Assembly (NCBI RefSeq): GCF_000012805.1
Contig: NC_007484.1
Span: 2,550,001-2,582,000 of the forward strand
DNA: 32,000 bases
From: Nitrosococcus oceani ATCC 19707
GTDB lineage: Bacteria; Pseudomonadota; Gammaproteobacteria; Nitrosococcales; Nitrosococcaceae
Reading direction: 5' to 3'
The notes under the pieces were generated by a model. That model saw nothing but the letters and a program-made list of their open reading frames with translations, did not search any database and was not told the DNA's origin. This document shows, piece by piece, positions 8,305 through 16,975 of this stretch. The translations under genes and the position numbers were made by a program. The first letter of the stretch is position 1; every line of letters begins with the position of its first letter.

Positions 8305-9465
8305 GTGCGCTATTTATTGCTTTTAATCATCAGAAACGCATTCCGCCAAAAGCTCCGCACCATCCTGACCATGGTGGGGATCGTCATTGCAACGGTGGCC
8401 TTTGGCCTGCTGCGCACGGCGGTTGAGGCTTGGTATGCGGGAGCGGAGGCAGCTTCGGCCACCCGCCTTATCACCCGCAACGCCATCTCCCTAGTTTTTC
8501 CCCTGCCCCTGAGCTACCAAAACAAAATCCAGCAAATCGAGGGGGTCGCCACCACCAGCTATTCCAATTGGTTTGGAGGCGTTTATATCAGCGAAAAGAA
8601 TTTTTTTCCCCAATTCGCCATCGAACCCCGCAGCTATCTTAAACTTTATCCGGAATATCTCCTCTCGCCCCAAGAGGAAAGAGATTTTTTTCGCGATCGC
8701 CAAGGCGCTATTACAGGCGAAAAGCTGGCGCAAAAATACGGCTGGAAAATCGGCGATGTCATCCCCATCCGGGGGACGATCTACCCCGGCGACTGGAATT
8801 TTATCCTGCGGGGCATTTATAAGGGAGCCAGCGAGAGAATTGATGAAACCCTCTTCCTTTTTCACTGGGAATATTTAAATGAAAAATTAAAACAAACCGG
8901 CGCTGAACGGGCCAATCACGTGGGCGCCTATGTGGTCGGCATTGAACAGGCCAGCCAGGCCGCCCAAATCTCTCAAGCTATTGACGGTCTTTTTGCCAAC
9001 TCTCTGGCGGAAACCCTCACGGAAACCGAAAAAGCCTTTCAGCTTGGTTTTGTCGCCATGACCGAAGTTATTGTGACCATTATTGAGGTGGTTTCCTTCG
9101 TTATTCTCATTATTATTTTGGCGGTCATGGCCAACACCATGGCGATGAGCGCCCGGGAACGCAAGCGGGAGTACGCCACGCTCAAGGCACTCGGATTTCC
9201 TGGCAGTTTTATTGCTTTATTGATTACCGGGGAGTCGATGGTGATTGCCCTAGTGGGGGGTCTCTTCGGACTGTTGCTGCTGTATCCCGCGGCAGATAGC
9301 TTTGCCAGTAAAATAGGCACTTTCTTTCCCGTCTTCCGGGTGACCCCGGAAACCGCCTGGCTGGCCATGGGCATTGCCCTCGTGGTGGGTCTCGCCGCCG
9401 CCGCCATTCCTGCCTGGCGGGGCGCGGCAGTATCGGCCACGGAAGGGTTCCGGCAAATCGGTTAG
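8305..9465 (+). CDS. ABC transporter permease, FtsX/MacB-type (permease 1)
   Basis: 386-aa ORF with a GTG start. It shows the FtsX-type topology: N-terminal TM (RNAFRQKLRTILTMVGIVIATVAF), a large periplasmic domain, and a C-terminal 3-TM bundle with REYATLKALGF. Confidence 0.85.
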   Translation: MRYLLLLIIRNAFRQKLRTILTMVGIVIATVAFGLLRTAVEAWYAGAEAASATRLITRNAISLVFPLPLSYQNKIQQIEGVATTSYSNWFGGVYISEKNFFPQFAIEPRSYLKLYPEYLLSPQEERDFFRDRQGAITGEKLAQKYGWKIGDVIPIRGTIYPGDWNFILRGIYKGASERIDETLFLFHWEYLNEKLKQTGAERANHVGAYVVGIEQASQAAQISQAIDGLFANSLAETLTETEKAFQLGFVAMTEVIVTIIEVVSFVILIIILAVMANTMAMSARERKREYATLKALGFPGSFIALLITGESMVIALVGGLFGLLLLYPAADSFASKIGTFFPVFRVTPETAWLAMGIALVVGLAAAAIPAWRGAAVSATEGFRQIG

Positions 9466-9466
9466 T

Positions 9467-10633
9467 ATGCGCCTGCCCTCTTCCTACATCTTGCGCAATC
9501 TTTGGACCCGCAAGCTCACCACGCTGCTGACGGCCCTGGGCATGGCCCTGGTGGTTTTTGTCTTCGCCACGGTGCTTATGCTGTCCAAGGGATTAGAACA
9601 AACCCTGGTAGCGACCGGGAGTGCGGATAACGTCATTGTCATTCGCCATTCGGCGGAAACCGAGATACAAAGCGTCATCGATCGGGAACAGGCGGCCATT
9701 ATCGCCAGTCTCCCGGATACCGCCTATGACGTCGCGGGAATACCGCTCCTTTCCAAGGAATTGGTGGTGCTGATGGTGCTCCCCAAAAAAGATCAGGGTA
9801 AACCTTCCAACGTGACGGTCCGGGGTATCTCCGATACCGGCTTGACACTTCGTCCCCAGGTGCGGTTAACCCAAGGCGAGATGTTCCGCCCGGGGGCCAG
9901 GGAAATTATCGTCGGCAATAAGATCGCGCAAAACTTCGCCAACGCCGGCATCGGGAAAAAGCTTCGCCTTGGGTTGGGCGAGTGGACTATCACCGGCATT
10001 TTCGATGCCGGCAAAACCGGCTTTAGTTCTGAAATCTGGGGCGATGTGGATCAACTCATGCAAGCTTTCAGGCGTAATGATTATTCTTCCATCATCTTCA
10101 AACTTGCCGACCCCAGCGCCTTTAAGCAAACGGAGGAGAAAATAGAAAATGACCAGCGGCTGACGGTGGAAGTTAAACGGGAAAGCCGTTTCTATGCCGA
10201 GCAATCAGAAATGATGTCCCGGTTTCTCAAAATCCTGGGACTAAGCTTGAGCGCGATTTTTTCTATCGGGGCGATGATTGGCGCCATGATCACCATGTAT
10301 GCCTCAGTGGCGAACCGCACCGCCGAGATTGGCACCCTACGGGCCATCGGCTTCCCTCGAAGTAGTATCCTGCAAGCTTTTCTTTGGGAATCTCTCGCTC
10401 TGAGCCTTCTGGGGGGCATTGTCGGCCTTGGCATCGCTTCCTTCATGCAATTGCTGACCGTTTCCACCATGAATTGGCAAACCTTTTCCGAGCTGGCTTT
10501 TACTTTCACCTTGACCCCAACGATTGCCTGGCAAGCCCTCCTGTTTTCCCTACTCATGGGCCTGGTGGGCGGTTTCTTGCCTGCTATTCGCGCCGCGCGG
10601 ATGAATATCGTCGATGCCTTGCGGGCAGCCTAA
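9467..10633 (+). CDS. ABC transporter permease, FtsX/MacB-type (permease 2)
   Basis: The ATG at 9467 lies 1 nt after the upstream stop. The N-terminus MRLPSSYILRNLWTRKLTTLLTALGMALVVF is typical of FtsX-family permeases, and the C-terminal segment EIGTLRAIGF is followed by 3 TMs. The track ORF start at 9374 overlaps permease 1 and was rejected. Confidence 0.85.
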   Translation: MRLPSSYILRNLWTRKLTTLLTALGMALVVFVFATVLMLSKGLEQTLVATGSADNVIVIRHSAETEIQSVIDREQAAIIASLPDTAYDVAGIPLLSKELVVLMVLPKKDQGKPSNVTVRGISDTGLTLRPQVRLTQGEMFRPGAREIIVGNKIAQNFANAGIGKKLRLGLGEWTITGIFDAGKTGFSSEIWGDVDQLMQAFRRNDYSSIIFKLADPSAFKQTEEKIENDQRLTVEVKRESRFYAEQSEMMSRFLKILGLSLSAIFSIGAMIGAMITMYASVANRTAEIGTLRAIGFPRSSILQAFLWESLALSLLGGIVGLGIASFMQLLTVSTMNWQTFSELAFTFTLTPTIAWQALLFSLLMGLVGGFLPAIRAARMNIVDALRAA

Positions 10634-10644
10634 TCTTTAAAAAA

Positions 10645-10665
10645 TCTTTTGGGCAGCCCAAAAGA
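10645..10665. terminator. Intrinsic terminator hairpin between the convergent permease and yghU genes (best fit on the minus strand)
   Basis: TCTTTTGGG-CAG-CCCAAAAGA forms a 9-bp perfect stem. On the minus strand it is followed by TTTTTTAAAG. On the plus strand it is preceded by an A-run. Confidence 0.6.
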
Positions 10666-10699
10666 ACTATAAATATAGAATACAAATTGCATCCGGGTA

Positions 10700-11569
10700 T
10701 TAGCTTGGTTTTGAGGGTTTTAGCTTCAGTACTTCGTTAATGTCTGACGCTTCATGCCGTTCGGCTAGCACCTCCCATGGCTCTCCCCAGGTTCGGTTGA
10801 CTATACGTCCACGCTGTAGCGCGGGGCGCTGCCCTACGTCATCAGCCCAGCGCCTGGCATTTTGGTAACTCCTTACATCCAGGAAGTCAGCCGAGTCGTA
10901 CAAGTTTCCCAGTACCAAATTTCCATACCATGGCCATATCGCCATATCGGCAATGCTGTAATCATCGCCAGCGATAAAAGGCCTTGCTGCAAGTTGCTTA
11001 TCGAGCAGGTCGAGCTGGCGTTTGACTTCCATGGTAAAGCGATTAATGGCGTACTCAATTTTCTCTGGTGCGTAGGAATAGAAGTGACCAAAGCCACCAC
11101 CCAAGTAGGGCGCCGAGCCCTGCAACCAAAACAGCCAATTGAGCACCTCAGTGCGTTTTGCTACCTGCCGCGGTAAAAAATGGCCAAATTTCTCAGCCAG
11201 ATACAGCAAAATCGCGCCCGATTCGAAGATCCGTATGGGGTTTTCAGCTGAACAATCAAGCAATGCAGGAATTTTAGAGTTGGGGTTAACCTTCACAAAA
11301 CCCGTGGAGAATTGATCGCCCTCGTCAATTTCAATCAAATGCGCATCGTATTCAGCCCCCTCTTCGCCCAGGGCCAGGAGCTCTTCTAGCATGATAGTAA
11401 CCTTCTGGCCATTGGGTGTTCCCATCGAATAAAGCTGCAGTGGCTGAGTCCCCACTGGCAGTGTTGCCTCATGCGTCGCCCCCGACACGGGGCGGTTTAT
11501 CTTAGACCAGGTACCGCCACTTTCACCCTCAAAAACCCAAACCTTCGGTGTCACGTATTCGTTACTCAT
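10700..11569 (-). CDS. yghU: YghU-type (Nu-class) glutathione S-transferase
   Basis: Near-colinear resemblance to E. coli YghU as I recall it: KVWVFE..GGTWSKINRPVSGATHEATLPVGTQPLQLYSMGTPNGQKVTIMLEELL..IEYAINRF..IADMAIWPWYG..RGRIVNRT. The start is set at MSNEYV (11569), preceded by a GAGGG SD. The track start at 11605 adds 12 unsupported residues. Confidence 0.9.
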   Translation of the reverse strand: MSNEYVTPKVWVFEGESGGTWSKINRPVSGATHEATLPVGTQPLQLYSMGTPNGQKVTIMLEELLALGEEGAEYDAHLIEIDEGDQFSTGFVKVNPNSKIPALLDCSAENPIRIFESGAILLYLAEKFGHFLPRQVAKRTEVLNWLFWLQGSAPYLGGGFGHFYSYAPEKIEYAINRFTMEVKRQLDLLDKQLAARPFIAGDDYSIADMAIWPWYGNLVLGNLYDSADFLDVRSYQNARRWADDVGQRPALQRGRIVNRTWGEPWEVLAERHEASDINEVLKLKPSKPS

Positions 11570-11697
11570 AAAACCCTCACTAAAAAGCACTGATAGCGCT
11601 AGCAATGGCTGCTTTGTGTCTTAATTTTATTCAGAATTATGCGAGGTACTTAATCATTATTAAATTGTGGCCGCCCTTATTTGCCAAACTGCTCGCT

Positions 11698-11991
11698 TCA
11701 TTCAATTAAATTCTTAACCACTAAATCTGGCTCAATGCACCAGGGATCAAATATCTTCGCAGCATCCTGCAGTTGCGCCATAATGCCTGAGTTGATCAGC
11801 AGGGCGCGCACGGCGTCTTCAGGTCCATTGGAGAAGGCGGCCAGGGTATGTCCCTGCGCCCTTAATTTGGCCAGCCCAGGGACAACATCGAAGGAATACA
11901 GGGATGTACGACGACCCCCCCCAGCGAGCGTGCGAAACGAAGTGGCGCATCGATCGCGAGGGCCGCATAAAGTGATGTCTGCGGCGGGCAA
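11698..11991 (-). pseudogene. HAD-superfamily (haloacid dehalogenase type II-like) hydrolase remnant, truncated at both ends
   Basis: The 97-aa ORF contains only a central HAD-like block (SLYSFDVVPGLAKLRAQGHTLAAFSNGPEDAVRALLINSGI..FD). The N-terminal DxDGT nucleophile region and the C-terminal part are absent. It abuts the left end of TnpB element #2. Confidence 0.45.
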
Positions 11992-12079
11992 AATTGGCGG
12001 TAGAATAAGCGCGGCTAGGCAGTATTATCAGTACCCCCTAGCCACTTGCCACCGACCCAATAGGACGAGTATTGAGGCC

Positions 12080-13258
12080 ATGACCCAATGCGATTCTACC
12101 ACCCTTCAGCGGTCCTATACATTCCGCTTTTACCCCACGAGCGTCCAGCGCCAGCAACTCGCGATGGAGTTTGGCCATGCCCGGTGGGTCTGGAACACCT
12201 GTCTGACCTGGCGTGGCCGTCAATACCGGCTGCACGACAAGCATGTTAGCGGCGTTGACTTTAGCGGGCACCTCACCAAGCTAAAAAAGACGGCGGCCTA
12301 TGGTTGGTTAAAAGAGGCCAGCGCGACCACACTCAATCAAAAGCTTAGAGACCAGGACACCGCGTTTAAAAACTTCTTTGCAGGGCGAGCGAAGTATCCC
12401 CGTTTCAAAAAAAGAGCCCACGCTCAAAGCATCCGCTATCAACTTGACCAACGCCAGGTAGCGGGAAGGTATCGAGCGGGCAAGTTGCTTAAACTCCCCA
12501 AGCTTGGGGCACTCAGTTTAAAATGGTCTCGTAAGCCCCAGGGTATACCCAAAATGGTCTCGGTCACCCAGGACTGCGCGGGTTGTTATTGTGTTTCGTT
12601 CATGTGCGAGGAAACCCTCCAACCCCTACCGCGAAAGCCAAACGGTATCGGTATTGATGTGGGTATAAGCGATGTGGTGGTGACCTCCGAGGGCTGGAAG
12701 TCAGGCAACCCACGGCACCTACGCACTTATCGGCGTCTACTCACCAAAACCCAGCGCAGGCTATCCCGCAAGCGCAAGGGAAGCGTTCGCTGGCATCGTC
12801 AGCGAGTAAGGGTCGCCAAGGCCCATGCCAGGGTGAGCAACACCCGTCAGGACTGGTTGCACAAACTCACCACGGCACTGATTCGCCAGGCGGGGTTCAT
12901 TGCCATGGAAACGCTCAACGTCAGGGGCATGATGGCCAACCGGCGCATCGCTAAAGCCTTGGGCGATGTGGGCATGCACGAACTCAAGCGGCAACTGGAA
13001 TACAAAGCCCCGTGGTATGGCCGGGCGTTTAGGCAAGTGGATAGGTGGGCGCCGACCAGCAAAGCCTGTAGCGAATGCGCTGCGGTACAAGAGGAGATGC
13101 CGCTCAATGTTCGCGAGTGGACTTGCCCGGACTGCCAAACAGTCCATGACCGCGATATTAACGCGGCTAAAAATATTTTAAGGTTAGCTACGGTTGGGAG
13201 GACCGGAAGTGATGCGCGTGGAGGGGTACACAAACCGGAGGTGGCTTATGGCTACTAA
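12080..13258 (+). CDS. tnpB: TnpB (IS200/IS605 OrfB) RNA-guided endonuclease-type protein
   Basis: The start is set at the ATG at 12080 (MTQCDSTTLQRSYTFRFYPTSVQRQQL.., the canonical TnpB N-terminus). Motifs present are RuvC-I GIDVGISDVV, RuvC-II FIAMETLNVRGM, zinc finger CSECA..CPDCQ and RuvC-III HDRDINAAKNI. The track ORF start at 11681 is an antisense read-through of the HAD remnant. Confidence 0.9.
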   Translation: MTQCDSTTLQRSYTFRFYPTSVQRQQLAMEFGHARWVWNTCLTWRGRQYRLHDKHVSGVDFSGHLTKLKKTAAYGWLKEASATTLNQKLRDQDTAFKNFFAGRAKYPRFKKRAHAQSIRYQLDQRQVAGRYRAGKLLKLPKLGALSLKWSRKPQGIPKMVSVTQDCAGCYCVSFMCEETLQPLPRKPNGIGIDVGISDVVVTSEGWKSGNPRHLRTYRRLLTKTQRRLSRKRKGSVRWHRQRVRVAKAHARVSNTRQDWLHKLTTALIRQAGFIAMETLNVRGMMANRRIAKALGDVGMHELKRQLEYKAPWYGRAFRQVDRWAPTSKACSECAAVQEEMPLNVREWTCPDCQTVHDRDINAAKNILRLATVGRTGSDARGGVHKPEVAYGY

Positions 13259-13350
13259 AGAACTCCGTGGAAACGCGAATTGTAGCAAGGCGAGGGAGCT
13301 TGTCGGGAACAAGCGAACGAGACTTAGCCGCAAACTCCAAATGAGGGTGG
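13120..13350 (+). ncRNA. Predicted TnpB-associated omega/reRNA region (3' end of tnpB plus right end); boundaries not determined
   Basis: This placement is inferred from known TnpB biology. Two small hairpins lie within 60 nt after the stop: a GNRA-looped CGUG/CGCG stem at 13266-13277 and a perfect 6-bp stem at 13298-13314. Confidence 0.3.
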
Positions 13351-13354
13351 TTAG

Positions 13355-13784
13355 GCGAATGAATTGAAGCGCCTATGGCCAAAAAAGTCGCGGGTCAACG
13401 TCCTCGGCTTTCTCCATCCCCAAGGTCTTCTGCGCCCCTTTGACTTTGAAGGCCGCGTGGATAGCGCGGTGATCATTGCCTGTTTCAATGCCCTTTGTCC
13501 AACCCTCACCCGGTCCACCCCTGGAGAGGCTGGACGGACAAGGTCCCTCAGCACACCCGCCAGGCTTTCGAAACGCCTCTCCCCGCAGGGGAAAAAGCAG
13601 GACTTTTCCTCTACTACCTGCCCCCTATGGCCCTGAACTCCACCTCATCAAAATCCTCTGGCGTTTTATCCAATACCGCTGGCTGCTTTTTTCCGCTTTT
13701 CAGTCCTATGCCAACCTTAAAGGGGCACTTGAAAATAGACTCGCCAACTTAATGGACGTTGCTAGTGCTAAAAAGCTAGCATGA
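13355..13784 (+). pseudogene. IS630-family (Tc1/mariner-like DDE) transposase, C-terminal remnant with frameshifts
   Basis: Three overlapping + frames together spell the C-terminal third of an IS630-type transposase. They contribute LWPKKSRVNVLGFL..FEGRVDSAVIIACFNAL (frame of 13364), EKAGLFLYYLPP (frame of 13495) and YGPELHLIKILWRFIQYRWL..FQSYANLKGALE (frame of 13476). The 5' two-thirds of the gene are absent. Confidence 0.7.
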
Positions 13785-13943
13785 GGTCGGAGCGTAATTC
13801 TGTCCCCTAGCTTGACCTGGGTTCCGCCATTGGGATGGCAACGAAGCAGCTACCAAACTAGACTCTGAATTCAACGATGAATAGACTTACCCAAGTATTA
13901 AAAGCACCAAAATTTGTGGCGTAAAGCCAAGGGTTAATAAAAT

Positions 13944-14882
13944 ATGCCAATCGTAGAAAAAGATCCCTGGCGCGCTCAGTATTTCGAGAATATCGCCTGC
14001 CCCAAAGATGTGCTTATTCCTACGGACGATGAATTAGCATGGCGGCTCTACCCCCAATACCGCTGGATTTATAACAAAATGTTAATTTGTGAAAACCAGG
14101 GTTTGGACTACGCACCCCACGACATTCTGCCGTCCAGCTTTCCGGTATTCAGTAAACCCATCTACAACCTCCGCGGCATGGGAACTGGCAGTAAAATCAT
14201 TGATTCCGCCGAACAATACGAACTCGAACAAGCACCAGGACATATGTGGATGCCCCTCTTGGAAGGCGAACATGTCAGCACTGATGTAACGGTAGTCAAC
14301 GGGGAGCCTAAATGGTGGCGCCACACCATTGGCAAAGCGCTTGAAGGGGGCCTATTTGATTATTGGACTATTCTTGCAGAATCCCATCCTGCCATCGAGA
14401 GTTATTGCGGAGCGTGGCTGCGCCAGCATCTAAAAGATTACACCGGCGCCGTCAATCTAGAAACCATTGGCGGCAAGATTATCGAAGCGCATCTGCGCTT
14501 CGCCGACCAATGGCCTGATTTGTATGGCCCAGGCTGGCTAGACGCCATTGTTGAACTCTATGCCCACCATCGTTGGCGCTATCAGGATGATCAACGCCGC
14601 ACCGGCTATAGCGTGGTTTTGTTTGGCGCTCATGGATTGATTTATCCAGACCTTAAACATGAAACCATGGATGAAATCCTAGCCCAACCCGGCATTTCCA
14701 GCCTTCAGATAACCTTTTTACCGGATAAACCGCCTGAAACCCACGCCATGCCCCCTGGCGGCTTTCGCCTGGCCATAGTGAACTGCTGGGACCTGGAAGC
14801 CGGACTTACCGCTCGGGAGCGATTGGCATTAACCTTCTGGTCAACCCAGGAGATCCGTGCCGATAAAGTAACCATTGAATAA
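13944..14882 (+). CDS. Uncharacterised protein, probable ATP-grasp-fold ligase
   Basis: The 312-aa ORF has three motifs in the order expected for ATP-grasp enzymes. They are PVFSKPIYNLRGMGTGSKII (KP..G..G.G strand), WMPLLEGEHVSTDVTVVNG (QE..G...S block) and GAVNLETIGGKIIEAHLRF (E-x-N/H-x-R metal/ATP strand). This rests on motifs only, with no family assignment. Confidence 0.5.
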   Translation: MPIVEKDPWRAQYFENIACPKDVLIPTDDELAWRLYPQYRWIYNKMLICENQGLDYAPHDILPSSFPVFSKPIYNLRGMGTGSKIIDSAEQYELEQAPGHMWMPLLEGEHVSTDVTVVNGEPKWWRHTIGKALEGGLFDYWTILAESHPAIESYCGAWLRQHLKDYTGAVNLETIGGKIIEAHLRFADQWPDLYGPGWLDAIVELYAHHRWRYQDDQRRTGYSVVLFGAHGLIYPDLKHETMDEILAQPGISSLQITFLPDKPPETHAMPPGGFRLAIVNCWDLEAGLTARERLALTFWSTQEIRADKVTIE

Positions 14883-14884
14883 TT

Positions 14885-16918
14885 ATGAAAGTCATTACTT
14901 CATTCCCCCGGCGGGTGCGCGAGATCGAAAATTGTTGGATTTCCATGTCTGATGGCTGCCGTCTAGCGGCCCGAATCTGGCTACCCGAGGATGCTACGCA
15001 ATCCCCCGTACCGGCCATTTTTGAGTATATCCCCTACCGCAAGCGGGATTTCACCCGTCCCCGCGACGAACCCATGCATCACTACTTCGCTGGTCACGGT
15101 TATGCCGCCGTACGGGTAGATGTTCGCGGTTCCGGGGACTCCGATGGTCTGCTCCTGGACGAATACCTCCAGCAAGAACAAGATGACGCCATAGAGGTTA
15201 TCCGCTGGATCGCCTCCCAGCCTTGGTGTTCCGGCGCTATCGGGATGATGGGCATTTCCTGGGGGGGATTCAACTCCCTCCAGGTAGCGGCCCTGCAGCC
15301 CCCGGCCCTTAAGGCAATCATCACCCTCTGCTCCACGGATGATCGCTATGCCGATGATGCCCATTACATGGGCGGCTGCTTGCTCAACGAAAACCTGACC
15401 TGGGGCTCGGTCTTACTAACCTTTAATGCTTATCCCCCCGATCCGGAACTGGTGGGCGAGCGCTGGCGGGAAATGTGGATGGAGCGGTTGCAGCATGCCG
15501 TTTTATTTCCCGAAGTATGGCTGCGCCACCCCCGGCGCGATAGCTACTGGCGGCATGGCTCGGTGTGCGAGGACTATAGCCGTATCCGCTGCCCCGTATA
15601 CGCCATTGGCGGCTGGGCCGACGCCTACTCCAATGCCATTCCCCGGCTCCTAGAAGGGCTGTCCGTGCCTCGCAAGGGATTAATCGGTCCCTGGACCCAT
15701 AGTTTTCCCCATGAGAGCGCGCCTGGACCCGCCATTGGCTTTTTACAGGAAGCGCTACGCTGGTGGGATCACTGGCTCAAAGGAATCGATCGGGGAATTA
15801 TGGAAGAACCCATGTATCGGGTGTGGATGCAGGAAAGCCTGCCGCCACAACCCTTTTACGAAGAACGCCCCGGCCGTTGGGTGGCGGAACGCTGTTGGCC
15901 TTCTCCACGAATTAGGCCCTTGCGGCTGATATTAAACCCTAACCGCCTGGAGCAGGAGGCCACCACCGAAACCAAACTGACGTTCCAGTCCCCGCAGACA
16001 ACGGGTCTGGCGGCCGGCGACTGGTGCGGCTTTGGCGCGGATGGGGAAATGCCTACTGACCAGCGGGAAGATGATGGCAAATCCCTAACCTTTGATTCCG
16101 TCCCATTAGACCAGCACCTGGAAATTCTGGGGGCACCCGTAGCCACCCTGGAACTTGCCTTTGATCGTCCTTGTGCTCTCATCGCCGTACGTCTGAATGA
16201 CGTTGCGCCCAATGGGGCCTCAAGCCGGGTGAGCTACGGTCTACTCAACCTCACCCACCATAATAGCCATGAATTCCCTGAACCTTTAAAACCAGGTCGG
16301 CGCTATACCGTGCGGGTTCAGCTCAATGACATCGCCCATGCCTTCCCTCCGGGCCATACCCTCCGACTGGCAATCTCCACCAGCTACTGGCCGGTGGCAT
16401 GGCCTTCTCCAGAACCCGTTCATTTAACTCTGTTCACGGGCAAAAGCTATCTGGACTTACCTGTGCGCTCCCCCGATCCCCAAGACCAATCGCTCCGCCC
16501 TTTTGAACAACCAGAAAGAGCACCCGCCCCCGCGCATATGACCTTGCGGCCAGCAAGGTTCCAGCGCACTATTGAACGTAACCTTTCCACTAATGAAACC
16601 TTGTATACCATTTTCAGCGATGGCGGCGATTTCGATGGAGCGGCAGTGGCTCATCTCCATGCCATCGACTTAGACCTTGGCCACACGATTTTAAAACGCT
16701 TTCGTATCGGCGAAACTGATCCACTCTCGGCTCAGGCCGAAAACGAGCAGAATGCCCTGCTCCGCCGCGGCGACTGGGAAATTCGGATTAAGGCCCGAAC
16801 CCGTCTGTCCTCAAACTGGAATAGCTTTCACCTCCACGCCGATCTGGAGGCTTATGAAGGCGAGACTTTGGTTTTCTCCCGCAGCTGGGAGGAGACTATC
16901 CCCCGTGATTTAGTCTAA
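14885..16918 (+). CDS. CocE/NonD-family (peptidase S15 / X-Pro dipeptidyl-peptidase-like) alpha/beta hydrolase
   Basis: The 677-aa ORF starts 2 nt after the preceding stop. Family-typical features are VDVRGSGDSDG, EQDDAIEVIRWIASQPWCSGAIGMMGISWGGF (nucleophile elbow G-I-S-W-G) and a long C-terminal beta-sandwich-length region. Confidence 0.85.
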   Translation: MKVITSFPRRVREIENCWISMSDGCRLAARIWLPEDATQSPVPAIFEYIPYRKRDFTRPRDEPMHHYFAGHGYAAVRVDVRGSGDSDGLLLDEYLQQEQDDAIEVIRWIASQPWCSGAIGMMGISWGGFNSLQVAALQPPALKAIITLCSTDDRYADDAHYMGGCLLNENLTWGSVLLTFNAYPPDPELVGERWREMWMERLQHAVLFPEVWLRHPRRDSYWRHGSVCEDYSRIRCPVYAIGGWADAYSNAIPRLLEGLSVPRKGLIGPWTHSFPHESAPGPAIGFLQEALRWWDHWLKGIDRGIMEEPMYRVWMQESLPPQPFYEERPGRWVAERCWPSPRIRPLRLILNPNRLEQEATTETKLTFQSPQTTGLAAGDWCGFGADGEMPTDQREDDGKSLTFDSVPLDQHLEILGAPVATLELAFDRPCALIAVRLNDVAPNGASSRVSYGLLNLTHHNSHEFPEPLKPGRRYTVRVQLNDIAHAFPPGHTLRLAISTSYWPVAWPSPEPVHLTLFTGKSYLDLPVRSPDPQDQSLRPFEQPERAPAPAHMTLRPARFQRTIERNLSTNETLYTIFSDGGDFDGAAVAHLHAIDLDLGHTILKRFRIGETDPLSAQAENEQNALLRRGDWEIRIKARTRLSSNWNSFHLHADLEAYEGETLVFSRSWEETIPRDLV

Positions 16919-16975
16919 CCTCACTTACTCTATCCCCGCGAGCGGCTCGCTATCTGTCAGCTGCGCGTTCAATCT

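Larger units (their letters stand above)
11995..13350 (+). mobile_element. IS200/IS605-family element carrying only tnpB (second, unrelated copy); ends approximate
   Basis: tnpB is flanked by a 5' hairpin GGCTAGG(12013-12019)/CCTAGCC(12037-12043). There are two 3' hairpins: 13266-13277 (CGUG-GAAA-CGCG) and 13298-13314 (GCTTGT-CGGGA-ACAAGC). No tnpA is present. The flanks are gene remnants. Confidence 0.5.

Noticed and set aside
9374-9466. Upstream start of permease 2 that overlaps permease 1 by 92 nt
   Set aside because: The extension (MPSWWVSPPPPFLPGGARQY..) is Pro/Gly-rich out-of-frame read-through of the permease 1 C-terminus. The ATG at 9467 gives the typical FtsX N-terminus and lies 1 nt after the upstream stop.
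11681-12079. 133-codon N-terminal extension of the TnpB #2 ORF in the track (525 aa total)
   Set aside because: The extension is the antisense frame of the HAD remnant and has no TnpB similarity. The canonical TnpB N-terminus (..YTFRFYPT..QRQQL..) begins right after the ATG at 12080.
16938-16950. GCGAG-CGG-CTCGC hairpin between the convergent CocE/NonD and Ddl-like genes
   Set aside because: The stem is only 5 bp, there is no U tract on either strand, and it is too weak to call a terminator.
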